From assembly GCA_017445245.1 (NCBI GenBank), contig JAFSUM010000010.1, positions 1,008 to 65,007 on the forward strand: a DNA stretch of 64,000 bases, written 5' to 3'. The notes under the pieces were generated by a model. That model was not told where the DNA came from and did not search any database. It worked only from the letters and a program-made list of their open reading frames with translations. Below are positions 10,307 to 19,821 of this stretch, piece by piece; the first letter of the stretch is position 1, and each line of letters starts with the position of its first letter. Source of the stretch: Bacilli bacterium (GTDB lineage Bacteria; Bacillota_I; Bacilli_A; RFN20; CAG-826). The position numbers were made by a program, and so were the translations under genes.

Positions 10307-11602
10307 TCAGAGCCTCGACTCTTGATATTCACCCCCATCATAATTCGGAACATTGAAATTTGTAGCTGTCCTTATAATCTCGGCGTTTACGCTTTGATTA
10401 TGATTCGCCTTAGCTAGCAAGATAGCGGACGCACCGAGACTTGCGCGATAGTTGGCATCGCCAACCAACGCTTTGATAGCAGGCTCCAAACCGTCTTTCT
10501 TCGACACATAGCACACGGCATCTGCGTTCCTTTCAAAATAGGAACTAAAGCCACAATAGTTCGGCGCATAAACAAAGAACGGAATGCCCAACGCTAAGCA
10601 ATCTGCAATCTTTGAGGAGAAAGCATTTTGTATAAGTGGTTTAGCCTCTGCCGAAAAAGATTCAAAATGTAGCAAAACCGATGCCCGTCGACGAATACCA
10701 TCTAGTTGGTCTCGCCCGACAGGCTCGTGAAAAATTACGTTAGAACAGCCACTTAAGAAACTTCTGATTTCATCATCGAGATCATTGGAATAGACATCGA
10801 TTAGTTTGGTTGGACCGACCGATTGAAGCGCCTGAGCAATATCGAGCAGCGATTCAAAGCGATACGGTTTGAGATTCCCAGCATACAACCAGTTGCCCTT
10901 TTCATTAACTTCTTCCACGGGTTTCAATAAAGATGAGGGCATAATGACAGTAACGGGTAAATGAAACTCATCTTCATACATTTTTCCGAGCTTTTCATGG
11001 AAAGCAACGACATGCTTAACATATTTATTGAGTTTAATCGTGGCTTTACGAAGCTTCTTCCTAAGAATACGATCCCAGAAATTCGTTGCAGGATGCCAGT
11101 ACTCATCTTCGCTTGTGAAATAAACGACGGGCAAATCAAAACGTTTTGCAAGGCCCCTCGTGATATCGAACATGAAAGGAGATCTGCCATTCATAAACAG
11201 AATGACCGTGGGTGCAAAGCCCTCAATCCATCTATAAAACTTCTTTTTATTCCAATATCCCCATTTCCAGATGAAGTCCCTCACATCGTGCCTAAAGAAA
11301 GACTCCTTGCCCTTTACGGACGAATCCTGAACATCCAATGTTTCATCGCAGGCAGGGATTGTCGGATCATCAATTATGGTTCCATCACGCCCCCCAAAAA
11401 GGAAGCCGTGCATCTTTTCAGAATCCGTTAATCGAAAATGTGTCGCTGCCACTCCCCTGTCTGGAAATGTGCTTTGAATATAAAAAGAGGCGATATTCGA
11501 AACAGGTATTGCCGAAAGTACATTCAAAATCGATAAACCATTCGAATTCGACCTCTTTAGGGCCGTGTTGCTTATAACTAAAACACGTGGCATGTCCCCC
11601 AT
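10307..11602 (-). CDS. GT-B fold (GT4-like) glycosyltransferase
   Basis: LYAGNL, HFESF, SSKIADCLALGIP; locus context. Confidence 0.65.
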   Translation of the reverse strand: MGDMPRVLVISNTALKRSNSNGLSILNVLSAIPVSNIASFYIQSTFPDRGVAATHFRLTDSEKMHGFLFGGRDGTIIDDPTIPACDETLDVQDSSVKGKESFFRHDVRDFIWKWGYWNKKKFYRWIEGFAPTVILFMNGRSPFMFDITRGLAKRFDLPVVYFTSEDEYWHPATNFWDRILRKKLRKATIKLNKYVKHVVAFHEKLGKMYEDEFHLPVTVIMPSSLLKPVEEVNEKGNWLYAGNLKPYRFESLLDIAQALQSVGPTKLIDVYSNDLDDEIRSFLSGCSNVIFHEPVGRDQLDGIRRRASVLLHFESFSAEAKPLIQNAFSSKIADCLALGIPFFVYAPNYCGFSSYFERNADAVCYVSKKDGLEPAIKALVGDANYRASLGASAILLAKANHNQSVNAEIIRTATNFNVPNYDGGEYQESRL

Positions 11603-11605
11603 GTT

Positions 11606-12502
11606 TTAATCTCCTATTGCCTCAAGAAGTTTATCTTTGGAGAGGCCGACATAATCCCTCATATAGTCCTGCGAACCAATCACAGGAGCATATTCGTCGG
11701 GCAAGCCGAACTTCAGGACGATCGGATGTTTCACTTTACCCGCGAACATGGACTCAATAATCGATCCTAGCCCACCACGTTTGGAGTGTTCCTCCACGAC
11801 AACGACGCGGTCATAACCGCTAAGCTCAGCAGCAATAGTTTGCTCGTTCAACGGCTTGAGCATCGGGGAAGAATAGAAGGCAAAGCCTTTCTCACGGGCA
11901 ACCTCTTTTGCGATGACAGAGATGCCACCATAGGAGAGAACAGCAGTTCCTTTGCCACTAAGCCCCTTGATCATATCTCCAGACTTATATCCCAAAACCG
12001 GATCATCATGGATGGTTCTTGAATCAGGCCTTTCCAAACGGAGCATGGTTGTCCCCTGCTGCTTCAGCATTAACTCCGTAACTAGCTTTGCTTCATGTTT
12101 ATCCGAAGGCGTGTAGATGGTTATACCCGGAATCGAAAGAAGAACGGCCATATCCTCGGTTGCGTTATGGCTCATGCCTAATTGACCATAGGTATAACCG
12201 CCACCAATTTCGACAATCTTGACGTTGGAATCGCTATAAACAGCGTCATTACGAATCTGCTCAAGGCAACGTAGAACAGGAAAGTTGCCGATGGAATAAC
12301 AAATAACCTTTTTGCCAGCCATGGCCATGCCCGTGGCCATTTCAATCAATAGTTGCTCGGCAATGCCGACGTTATGAAATCTATCCGGGAACTCATTTTT
12401 GAAAGGGCGTAATACCCCGAAACCTAAATCACCGGTGAGGAGTTCGATAGATTCATCTTCGCGCGCTAACTCAATCAAGCGCTCAACAAATGCATCTCTC
12501 AT
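11606..12502 (-). CDS. Transketolase C-terminal (pyrimidine-binding) subunit
   Basis: LTGDLG, NVGIAEQ, LEQIRND, EEHSKRGGLGS. Confidence 0.92.
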   Translation of the reverse strand: MRDAFVERLIELAREDESIELLTGDLGFGVLRPFKNEFPDRFHNVGIAEQLLIEMATGMAMAGKKVICYSIGNFPVLRCLEQIRNDAVYSDSNVKIVEIGGGYTYGQLGMSHNATEDMAVLLSIPGITIYTPSDKHEAKLVTELMLKQQGTTMLRLERPDSRTIHDDPVLGYKSGDMIKGLSGKGTAVLSYGGISVIAKEVAREKGFAFYSSPMLKPLNEQTIAAELSGYDRVVVVEEHSKRGGLGSIIESMFAGKVKHPIVLKFGLPDEYAPVIGSQDYMRDYVGLSKDKLLEAIGD

Positions 12503-13362
12503 AAGTTCGCGTCCTCCTCGGCATAAGGGTTCTTTAGTTCTTCGGGCTTGTAAGCGAGGAGTTCGCGCCTTGCCCCTTCATATTCATTCCCTTCGTGTGG
12601 GAACCTATAATGCCAAAGCATCTGGTTCATCATAAATGAAATCGGATAGCCCTTTATCGTATCGCACACAATACAAAGAGGTTTCTTATGTTCAAGCGAC
12701 ATCGAATTTCTCAAAGCCCTAAAATCATGGCCTTTAATGACGTGCGTTTCCCAACTGAAGGCCAAGAATCGTTTCTCGATTGCGTTAGAGGGCATGATGT
12801 CACCGCTATCCCCCAAGCCCTGTTGGAAGTTTCGGTCAACGAGGACAACTAAGTTAGATAAACCGTCACGTGCAGCCTCAGACATTGCCTCATAAACGGA
12901 GCCTTCTTGACATTCGCCATCGCCCATCAAAACAAATACACGGTTAGGCCGCTTATCCTTTTGAAAAGCGTATGCGAGGCCAACCCCCACACCCAACGCA
13001 TGGCCAAGCGAACCCGTAGATAATTCGATACCAGGATTACCGTGCTTTGTAACATGACCCGACATACAAGACCCATCTTGATAGAACGTTTCTAAGCGTG
13101 CACGAGAATAAAAACCAACATTGGCTAGGCAGGAATATAGAGCTGCACTAGCGTGTCCTTTGCCCATCAGAAAGTAATCCCGATCACTCCAATCCGGATT
13201 ATTGGAATCAATTCGGAGGACCTCGTTATAAAGAACCGCAAGCATGTCGGCGCATGACAAATCTGATCCGATATGGGAGGCATGAGATTTATGTGTCATC
13301 TCAATGCAATCACGGCGGATTAGCCAAGCCAGTTCTTCAGATGTGTAGGGACTATTCTGCAT
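12499..13362 (-). CDS. Transketolase N-terminal (TPP-binding) subunit
   Basis: SHIGSDLS, KGHA, STGSLGHAL, MGDGECQEG. Confidence 0.92.
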   Translation of the reverse strand: MQNSPYTSEELAWLIRRDCIEMTHKSHASHIGSDLSCADMLAVLYNEVLRIDSNNPDWSDRDYFLMGKGHASAALYSCLANVGFYSRARLETFYQDGSCMSGHVTKHGNPGIELSTGSLGHALGVGVGLAYAFQKDKRPNRVFVLMGDGECQEGSVYEAMSEAARDGLSNLVVLVDRNFQQGLGDSGDIMPSNAIEKRFLAFSWETHVIKGHDFRALRNSMSLEHKKPLCIVCDTIKGYPISFMMNQMLWHYRFPHEGNEYEGARRELLAYKPEELKNPYAEEDANL

Positions 13363-14026
13363 GCTCGTGTTCCTTAACGTAGTCATCGATAACCTTTTGG
13401 GGCCCTTTGGGTAGTTTCCTGAACCTAAATATAACCTTTAATACGGTTAATACAAGAATCTCGAAATCAATCCATAGGTTATTGTTGTCATGATAATAAA
13501 GCTGTAGCTTTAGTTTTAGAGGCCTGACGCTCTCCAAATAGGCTTTATCTGGGTCTTCTGCCGCGGTAAAGACTTTGTATTGGGCAATGTTCGCCATGGA
13601 GGCCCAGTCTGTTATACCGGGTCTATTATCGAGGATCTTAATCTCCTTCTCGGTGTACATATCCGTATATACCCGAAGCTCAGGACGAGGACCTACGAAA
13701 GACATTTGCCCTAAAAACACATTGATGAGCTGAGGCAACTCATCTAGCTTTGTTTTCCTAAGGAAGTGCCCCCACTTCGTTATGCGAGGATCTTTATCCC
13801 CCACATTCCATTTGCCATGGCCTTCGGCGTCTTTGACCATAGATCGGAACTTGAAGATCCGAAACTCTTTGCCGTTCTTGCCTACGCGCGGGCCGCGAAA
13901 GAAGACACCACCTCTTGAAGAACAACCGGTGATGATCGCGAGGATGAGAAAAACCGGGCTGGCAACCATTAAGCCAATGAAAGAGAGCAGGATATCTAAA
14001 ACGCGTTTCACCATCTCATCAGTCAC
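13352..14026 (-). CDS. Priming phosphoglycosyl transferase (bacterial sugar transferase, PglC-like)
   Basis: KRVLDI, FKFRSM, LDELPQLINV, SFVGPRPE, PGIT. Confidence 0.93.
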   Translation of the reverse strand: MTDEMVKRVLDILLSFIGLMVASPVFLILAIITGCSSRGGVFFRGPRVGKNGKEFRIFKFRSMVKDAEGHGKWNVGDKDPRITKWGHFLRKTKLDELPQLINVFLGQMSFVGPRPELRVYTDMYTEKEIKILDNRPGITDWASMANIAQYKVFTAAEDPDKAYLESVRPLKLKLQLYYHDNNNLWIDFEILVLTVLKVIFRFRKLPKGPQKVIDDYVKEHEHAE

Positions 14027-14901
14027 CTAAGCAAATAGGGAATAGGCAGGAAAGGGGAAACGGCCCGATAAAACGTTCTATAAATGGCCCTCCACAAACG
14101 AAGTAAACGAGAAAGTTTTTTTGCTGGCAAAGGCACATAATCAAAAACCCTTATTTCTTGAATGCCCAACTGTTCAATTTGGGCCATCACCTCTTTCGTG
14201 GGACGAATAGCGCCCCGGCAAAGCACGCCTCCTGTTGGATAGCTAAATGCTGGCTGTTCATGCGGCGCCAGCCTCAAATAATGGCATCGCATAAAAGAGG
14301 ATCTTTCGGTTCCATAATGTTCAAACGCCCAAGCGCTTTCGCCAACACGCAGAACTCTCCGTAAGCAAGATACGCGCCATATCCCTATTTGAGTAGAAAC
14401 TCGATATAGATCCTTTTTTGCTACCAAGGAGAAGGAAGAGCATCCGCAGCCGGAAACCTCTGCGCTCGCTTCGTTTAGATTGATAAATGCGATGGAACTA
14501 TCATTACGAATACATGCGTATGCTTTTTGTAACAACGAAATATTAACTGGTTTATTCAGCCAAAAATCATCAAGAGCAAAAAGGATAAACTCCTCGTTCA
14601 TCGCACAAATTGTTTTTAGTAATCGGGTTGAGAAAGACTTGTTTTCGTATTTGTCCGGCAAGCGCCAAACAAGACGATCAGCAATGTCGATGCAAACTTT
14701 GCTGTCGGTCGTGTAAATGGGGCCGCTGTGTGCGGGGAAAAAACGTTTCCAGAAAAAGAAGAAGCCTTTGGAAAGAGGCCTATACCTCGGACAAGTCGAA
14801 TAAACCAAAGGGATGCTGCAGGCGACAAATGCGTTATCCACGTTTCTTCGCCCTCCTTTGCCGGGCCTTGGGGCTAAACAACCACCGTCCCAGAAAAACA
14901 T
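14023..14901 (-). CDS. Hypothetical GT-like protein
   Basis: FALDDFWL DxD-like motif, SAWAFE; coupled within the operon; start uncertain. Confidence 0.5.
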   Translation of the reverse strand: MFFWDGGCLAPRPGKGGRRNVDNAFVACSIPLVYSTCPRYRPLSKGFFFFWKRFFPAHSGPIYTTDSKVCIDIADRLVWRLPDKYENKSFSTRLLKTICAMNEEFILFALDDFWLNKPVNISLLQKAYACIRNDSSIAFINLNEASAEVSGCGCSSFSLVAKKDLYRVSTQIGIWRVSCLRRVLRVGESAWAFEHYGTERSSFMRCHYLRLAPHEQPAFSYPTGGVLCRGAIRPTKEVMAQIEQLGIQEIRVFDYVPLPAKKLSRLLRLWRAIYRTFYRAVSPFLPIPYLLR

Positions 14902-15835
14902 AAAAAAGACGAGGGAAACGCAAGGTCGCGCGAGCGGCGACTCCGCAGAATGGTTGTTCTAACTTACTATAGGACAGCACCTGTTTACGATAGAACTCCG
15001 CTTTTCCATCGATGGGGTGTCGGAACGAATACATCCCACAATAATAGGAAAGACAACTTGCAATAGCCGACTTCAGCGCTTTATCTCTGACCATCTTTTC
15101 AGCGTTTTTGTTCCGAACTATTTCAAAAATGCGATTGGAGACGAAAAGTCGCTCCAAATGAGTGGCATTGAGCCAATCAGCACCCTGAAAGACAGTGTCA
15201 GAATCAGGGGACGTTCTATAACAGTAAAGCGGCAAACTAATTATGACCATTTCACGGACATTCAAATATAGTTCCATGAAAAAAAGCCTGTCTTCCATAG
15301 TTCTAATCGTTTCATTAAAACGAAGCTTACCTATCGTATCTTTTAAAATGAGGTGCTCCCAAGGGCCAATTCTTCCAGCGTTGCAAAACGCATAATACGG
15401 ATTGGAAGAAATAAGCGTGTATTCTCCGTTGGCGTTACTAAAAGAAGAAAGCGGAACGCCGTTTTCATCAACGCGCTCCCCTTCTCCGATGGCGATAGAA
15501 GCGTTTGGAAATCTATCAAAGACAGATAGCAAAGCCTCGAGGTAATTAGGTTTTACATAATCATCGGAGTCGACGAAGCAAATGAATTTACCTTTTGCCA
15601 TATCGATTCCAAAATTACGTGCAGCACATTTCCCTATTCCATCTTTGTAAACATATATAATGCGAGAATCCGTCGACGAAACTCGCTCAGCCAAAACGCT
15701 ATGCGAGCCTTGTGAATTGTCGATCAGTAATAATTCAAAATCTGAAAACGTTTGCTGCAAAAAGGAGCTTACGCACTCAGATAGATAAGGGTCGTTCTTT
15801 TTATAATGCGGCAGGATGACCGAGATGAGTGGCAT
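14834..15835 (-). CDS. GT2 glycosyltransferase
   Basis: LISVILP, ARNFGID.AKGKFICFVDSDD, MED. Confidence 0.92.
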   Translation of the reverse strand: MPLISVILPHYKKNDPYLSECVSSFLQQTFSDFELLLIDNSQGSHSVLAERVSSTDSRIIYVYKDGIGKCAARNFGIDMAKGKFICFVDSDDYVKPNYLEALLSVFDRFPNASIAIGEGERVDENGVPLSSFSNANGEYTLISSNPYYAFCNAGRIGPWEHLILKDTIGKLRFNETIRTMEDRLFFMELYLNVREMVIISLPLYCYRTSPDSDTVFQGADWLNATHLERLFVSNRIFEIVRNKNAEKMVRDKALKSAIASCLSYYCGMYSFRHPIDGKAEFYRKQVLSYSKLEQPFCGVAARATLRFPRLFYVFLGRWLFSPKARQRRAKKRG

Positions 15836-15839
15836 ACGT

Positions 15840-16604
15840 TTACATCGCTCCTCCATCAATTGGAATATTGGACCCCACGATAAAGGAGGATTTATCGGAC
15901 GCTAAGAAGAGGACTAAGTTTGCAATCTCTTCCGGCGTTCCAAATCTCCCAATGGCTTGATGATGGGATAAGAAGTCCTCAACCTTTGGTTCTTTGTTTT
16001 TAATGGCTTGGTCCCAATAACCGCCTTCAAAGGTAACTGCGCCAGGCATAACTGAATTCAGACAGATACCGTGTTTAGCAACCTGACGGCCGGCAGCAGT
16101 AACATAGGCGTTAAGGAATTCTTTTGATGCCCCGTAAAGCGGATTGCCCCGTAAATTCTTGGAGGAAATAGACGACACATGAACGATATGCCCCTTAATT
16201 CCATTTTTGATCATGGACTGTATAAATACGGCGTTCATTTGGATGGATGCTAAGGCGTTAACATTCAATGCATTTAAATAATCTTCATCGCTTCCGAAGA
16301 TGTCACGAGATACAAGGGACGTGCCAACGTTTTGCACTACTACATCAAATGGGCCATATTCTTTTTCAAGTCGCTCAGCGAGTGCGCGTGAGTTTTGGGT
16401 GATGTCTGCACAAACGGTGACGGCATTTAAGGCCCTGGCAGAATTGCACTCTTTCCACAAATTTGCTAGAAGATTCTCACTGCGAGCCACTAGAACAAGG
16501 CCGCAGCCTTCTTGGGCAAAGCTCAAAGAAATTGCCTTTCCAATCCCTTTGGAAGCCCCAACTATAAGTGCATTCTTTCCTAAAAGACCCAAATCAAACA
16601 TCAT
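15840..16604 (-). CDS. Short-chain dehydrogenase/reductase
   Basis: GASKGIG, YGASK, GRFGTPEEIANLVLFLAS, IDGG. Confidence 0.93.
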   Translation of the reverse strand: MMFDLGLLGKNALIVGASKGIGKAISLSFAQEGCGLVLVARSENLLANLWKECNSARALNAVTVCADITQNSRALAERLEKEYGPFDVVVQNVGTSLVSRDIFGSDEDYLNALNVNALASIQMNAVFIQSMIKNGIKGHIVHVSSISSKNLRGNPLYGASKEFLNAYVTAAGRQVAKHGICLNSVMPGAVTFEGGYWDQAIKNKEPKVEDFLSHHQAIGRFGTPEEIANLVLFLASDKSSFIVGSNIPIDGGAM

Positions 16605-16606
16605 TA

Positions 16607-17440
16607 TTATCTCCCCTCTTTTGGCCAAACGTCGCCAAGCGCATTATATTGATTGCGGACGTACAAATAATGCCCTAATTTTGCATGTCTTTTGACTTCA
16701 AGAAAACTCATACTAAATTCTTTTCGATATTTGACATACATCCTCAATAAGGCCAACCCCCATAAATTGCCATAAAGATGGGAATAAACAAATCCCTTCG
16801 TAACGAAGTACCTTTTGTCATAAGATTCGAACCATGTGGATTGTTTGGTTTCTTTCACCTCGCACACAAAAAAAGGATCAAGATAAACGTGGTCCGTAGC
16901 TTTGCATAAATCATAAAGGAACACGCTGTCTTCACCATTGTAAAGATAGTTTGGAGCTCCGAGACTTTCGTTAAACCTAACACTGAGTCGGCGAAGTTTT
17001 TCGCACTTAAATGACAAACCCCACATTCCGAGACTAGATAAATCCCTAAACGATGCTTTTTTATGGCTTCGAGTATGAGCACCAACCGGATTCCAATAAT
17101 CACGTCTTGTATTAAAACGAATGAAGTCCGCTTCTGGCAAGGAAGAATAGGCACATAAAATATGAGTGGGATATTCCGGCGCGAGAACGCAATCATCGTC
17201 AATGAACAAGCCAATATCCGCATTGGCCCTCCTGATCAACTCGTTGCGCGCGCGCGAAACACCACGCCATTCCGTTTCAACCACTTTAATTTGATGATCT
17301 TGGTAGCAAAGCTCGTATTCGGCAGACTTTCCGGTTTGATTTAGGAAAATCGCATCGGTCTGGATATTAAGAAAATCGCAAAGTTCGACGATATCTTCCT
17401 TCGATTTGTTCAGACAAGGGACAAGGACCTGAATAGTCAC
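16607..17440 (-). CDS. GT2-like glycosyltransferase
   Basis: GVSRARN, FIDDD, GEDSVF. Confidence 0.8.
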   Translation of the reverse strand: MTIQVLVPCLNKSKEDIVELCDFLNIQTDAIFLNQTGKSAEYELCYQDHQIKVVETEWRGVSRARNELIRRANADIGLFIDDDCVLAPEYPTHILCAYSSLPEADFIRFNTRRDYWNPVGAHTRSHKKASFRDLSSLGMWGLSFKCEKLRRLSVRFNESLGAPNYLYNGEDSVFLYDLCKATDHVYLDPFFVCEVKETKQSTWFESYDKRYFVTKGFVYSHLYGNLWGLALLRMYVKYRKEFSMSFLEVKRHAKLGHYLYVRNQYNALGDVWPKEGR

Positions 17441-17444
17441 GATA

Positions 17445-19208
17445 CTATGCCTCTATTTCTGGCCCTTTCGTCATTACCATATGAGAATCTTTAATTTCAT
17501 ATATGCGATCACATCCTTTAATGGTTGAAAGACGATGCGTAATGATGATCAAGGTTTTCTCGCCTTTCAAACCAACAACCGTTTTCAAAACTTCAGCTTC
17601 CGTTTCAAAGTCAAGGGCCGAAGTTGCTTCGTCAAAAACTATGATAGGCGTGTCTCTAAAAAGAGCCCGCGCAATTCCGATACGTTGGCGCTGACCCCCG
17701 GATAAACGGACGCCTTTTTCCCCTATTTGAGTTTGTAATCCCTCTGGCAATGAACGAACAAAATCGGCAAGTTGAGCCTGCTCAAGAGCCTTCCACACGA
17801 TTTCATCTGGAATCTTGTTTGCATCATGGCCAAACGCAATATTCTCTTTGATGGAATTATCGATTAAGAAGATTTCTTGCGGTACATATGAAATATCTTT
17901 ATGCCATTCTCGCAGATGGTTGGCGATATTTTCGCCATCGCATAGTACTCGGCCCTCCTGGGGCTTAAGCAGACCCAAAATTATATCAACAGTAGTAGTT
18001 TTTCCGGCGCCAGAAGCTCCACAAAACGCCACGGATTCCCCCTTACGGATGGTGGCATCGGCATCCCTTAGGACATATTTATCGGCGTTCCTGTAATGAA
18101 AACCAACCTTTTCGATTGCGATATCATGTCGAAAAGGCAGAGGCATTATGGACTCGGCAACTTCGCTGTCATTTATCACAGGCGTTTCCGCAACCAGCTT
18201 AAGGTCTTCATATACTTTGTGAATAGAGACCATATTCCAGCGCAAAGAATTCACGTTACCGTTGAGCCTGGATAAATATGGCAAAATCTTCACCACGACA
18301 AGAGCAAGAGTCGCAAAAGTTGTGACTATCGCCTCGGTGTTCTGAACATAAATAGCATACAGAAGAAGGGCAACAAGCATTGTAATCATGCCGACTGCTT
18401 CGACCAGGGCGCGCGGCGCAGCGTTAATGATTGCGGATTTTACCCAAAGAGTTGATTGCCGTTCCTTTGTTGCATCGTAATTATCTATAAAATACTGTTC
18501 GCGGTTGGAAATTTTCGTCTCCTTGATTCCGGAAAGACCTTCATTTATATTTTTAATTCCGATTGCATTTAAGCGCCAGTTTTCCATGCTATAAACGCGA
18601 ACTTTTTTCTTCATTAACCGAACAAAGAGCAGCGTAAGCGAACCCAAAGCCACAAAAACAATTAGTGTCAGACGCCAGTCCACAAAAAACAAATACACCA
18701 TCGCAATAATCATGAAAAGAAGGTCAGAGAGAGAGGAGATGATAAGACTGATTGACCCAACGAAAACAGATGCGTCGCTCGTAGCGTTTCGATAGAGTTC
18801 TGAAGAGTTGGTATAAACGTGAAACTCGTATGGCTGATAAAGGTAATTGGAGAGGAGTTGAACCGAGATTTGACGAATAAACTGATTTACGAAACGAGTT
18901 TGATAAGCAGTTAACAAAAGGGAATATGCACATTTAAACAAATACACGACGATGACAAAAAGGATCGTTGCCAAAAGAATACGATGGGTGTTCTCCGGTG
19001 GTATGGAGAAGAGGGTTACAAGAAACTTTACAAGTTCGTTGGATTGGACCGCCTCCTGGGGATAGGCCACTACATCAACAACGGGCACCAAAATAGATAG
19101 ACCAAATAATTCCAAACCCGAGCTCAATATCAGCATGAAGAAAAGTAATACGAGTTGCCACTTTTGCTTTTTATTTAGAATCCAAAGAAACTCTTTAATT
19201 GTTTTCAT
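17445..19208 (-). CDS. ABC exporter (TMD+NBD), PglK-like glycan flippase candidate
   Basis: Multi-TM N-terminus; GASGAGKT, LSGGQRQR, FDEATSALD, ITHR. Confidence 0.85.
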   Translation of the reverse strand: MKTIKEFLWILNKKQKWQLVLLFFMLILSSGLELFGLSILVPVVDVVAYPQEAVQSNELVKFLVTLFSIPPENTHRILLATILFVIVVYLFKCAYSLLLTAYQTRFVNQFIRQISVQLLSNYLYQPYEFHVYTNSSELYRNATSDASVFVGSISLIISSLSDLLFMIIAMVYLFFVDWRLTLIVFVALGSLTLLFVRLMKKKVRVYSMENWRLNAIGIKNINEGLSGIKETKISNREQYFIDNYDATKERQSTLWVKSAIINAAPRALVEAVGMITMLVALLLYAIYVQNTEAIVTTFATLALVVVKILPYLSRLNGNVNSLRWNMVSIHKVYEDLKLVAETPVINDSEVAESIMPLPFRHDIAIEKVGFHYRNADKYVLRDADATIRKGESVAFCGASGAGKTTTVDIILGLLKPQEGRVLCDGENIANHLREWHKDISYVPQEIFLIDNSIKENIAFGHDANKIPDEIVWKALEQAQLADFVRSLPEGLQTQIGEKGVRLSGGQRQRIGIARALFRDTPIIVFDEATSALDFETEAEVLKTVVGLKGEKTLIIITHRLSTIKGCDRIYEIKDSHMVMTKGPEIEA

Positions 19209-19458
19209 GATTTGCCTAGTAATTATATAGAGAGCACAAGCGGCGTTCCATCATTCGCAATAGTTTTACAAACATACTCCATGCGTCGTTAGGCGGAAAC
19301 ACGACCGATTCGGAGGTATTGCGCTCGGAAAAGCCTAAATGATAAGGGGCATAAAGGCAACTAGCACGCTATAGCAAGAAGTTTCCAATCGACATCCGCG
19401 CGCTTTCGATTCGTGGTTTTCTGAATACAAATTAGCACGCAAGGACTACAATATGATT

Positions 19459-19821
19459 ATGAACACAAGAAGGTTGAAGAATTATAGTAAGGCCGGTCGC
19501 TTTTTTTTAGTCGTTTTCTTTTCTGCAACCACCCTATGTACAGCCCAACTCCTAACTAGTTGTTCCCAAATTGAAGTGCTCTCATACCTAGTCATTTATC
19601 GCGCCGATGAGAACGGGAACATAAATGGAAAGGCGCGTGTACTTCAAGCCGTTATGGCCGGAAGCGCCACATCATGTGTAACAGCCATACCTGCTAATGG
19701 GTATCGGTTTGTACGCTGGGACGATGGAAACACAAACCCAGTGAGAGTGGATAGTGAAGTTTACGCATCTTTCGAACGCATTGCATATTTCGCGGCAGAG
19801 GAGACGCCGGATGCTGCGTAA
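19459..19821 (+). CDS. Small exported/lipoprotein with InlB B-repeat-like domain
   Basis: Signal-like N-terminus ending LTSC; VTAIPANGYRFVRWDDG. Confidence 0.6.
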   Translation: MNTRRLKNYSKAGRFFLVVFFSATTLCTAQLLTSCSQIEVLSYLVIYRADENGNINGKARVLQAVMAGSATSCVTAIPANGYRFVRWDDGNTNPVRVDSEVYASFERIAYFAAEETPDAA

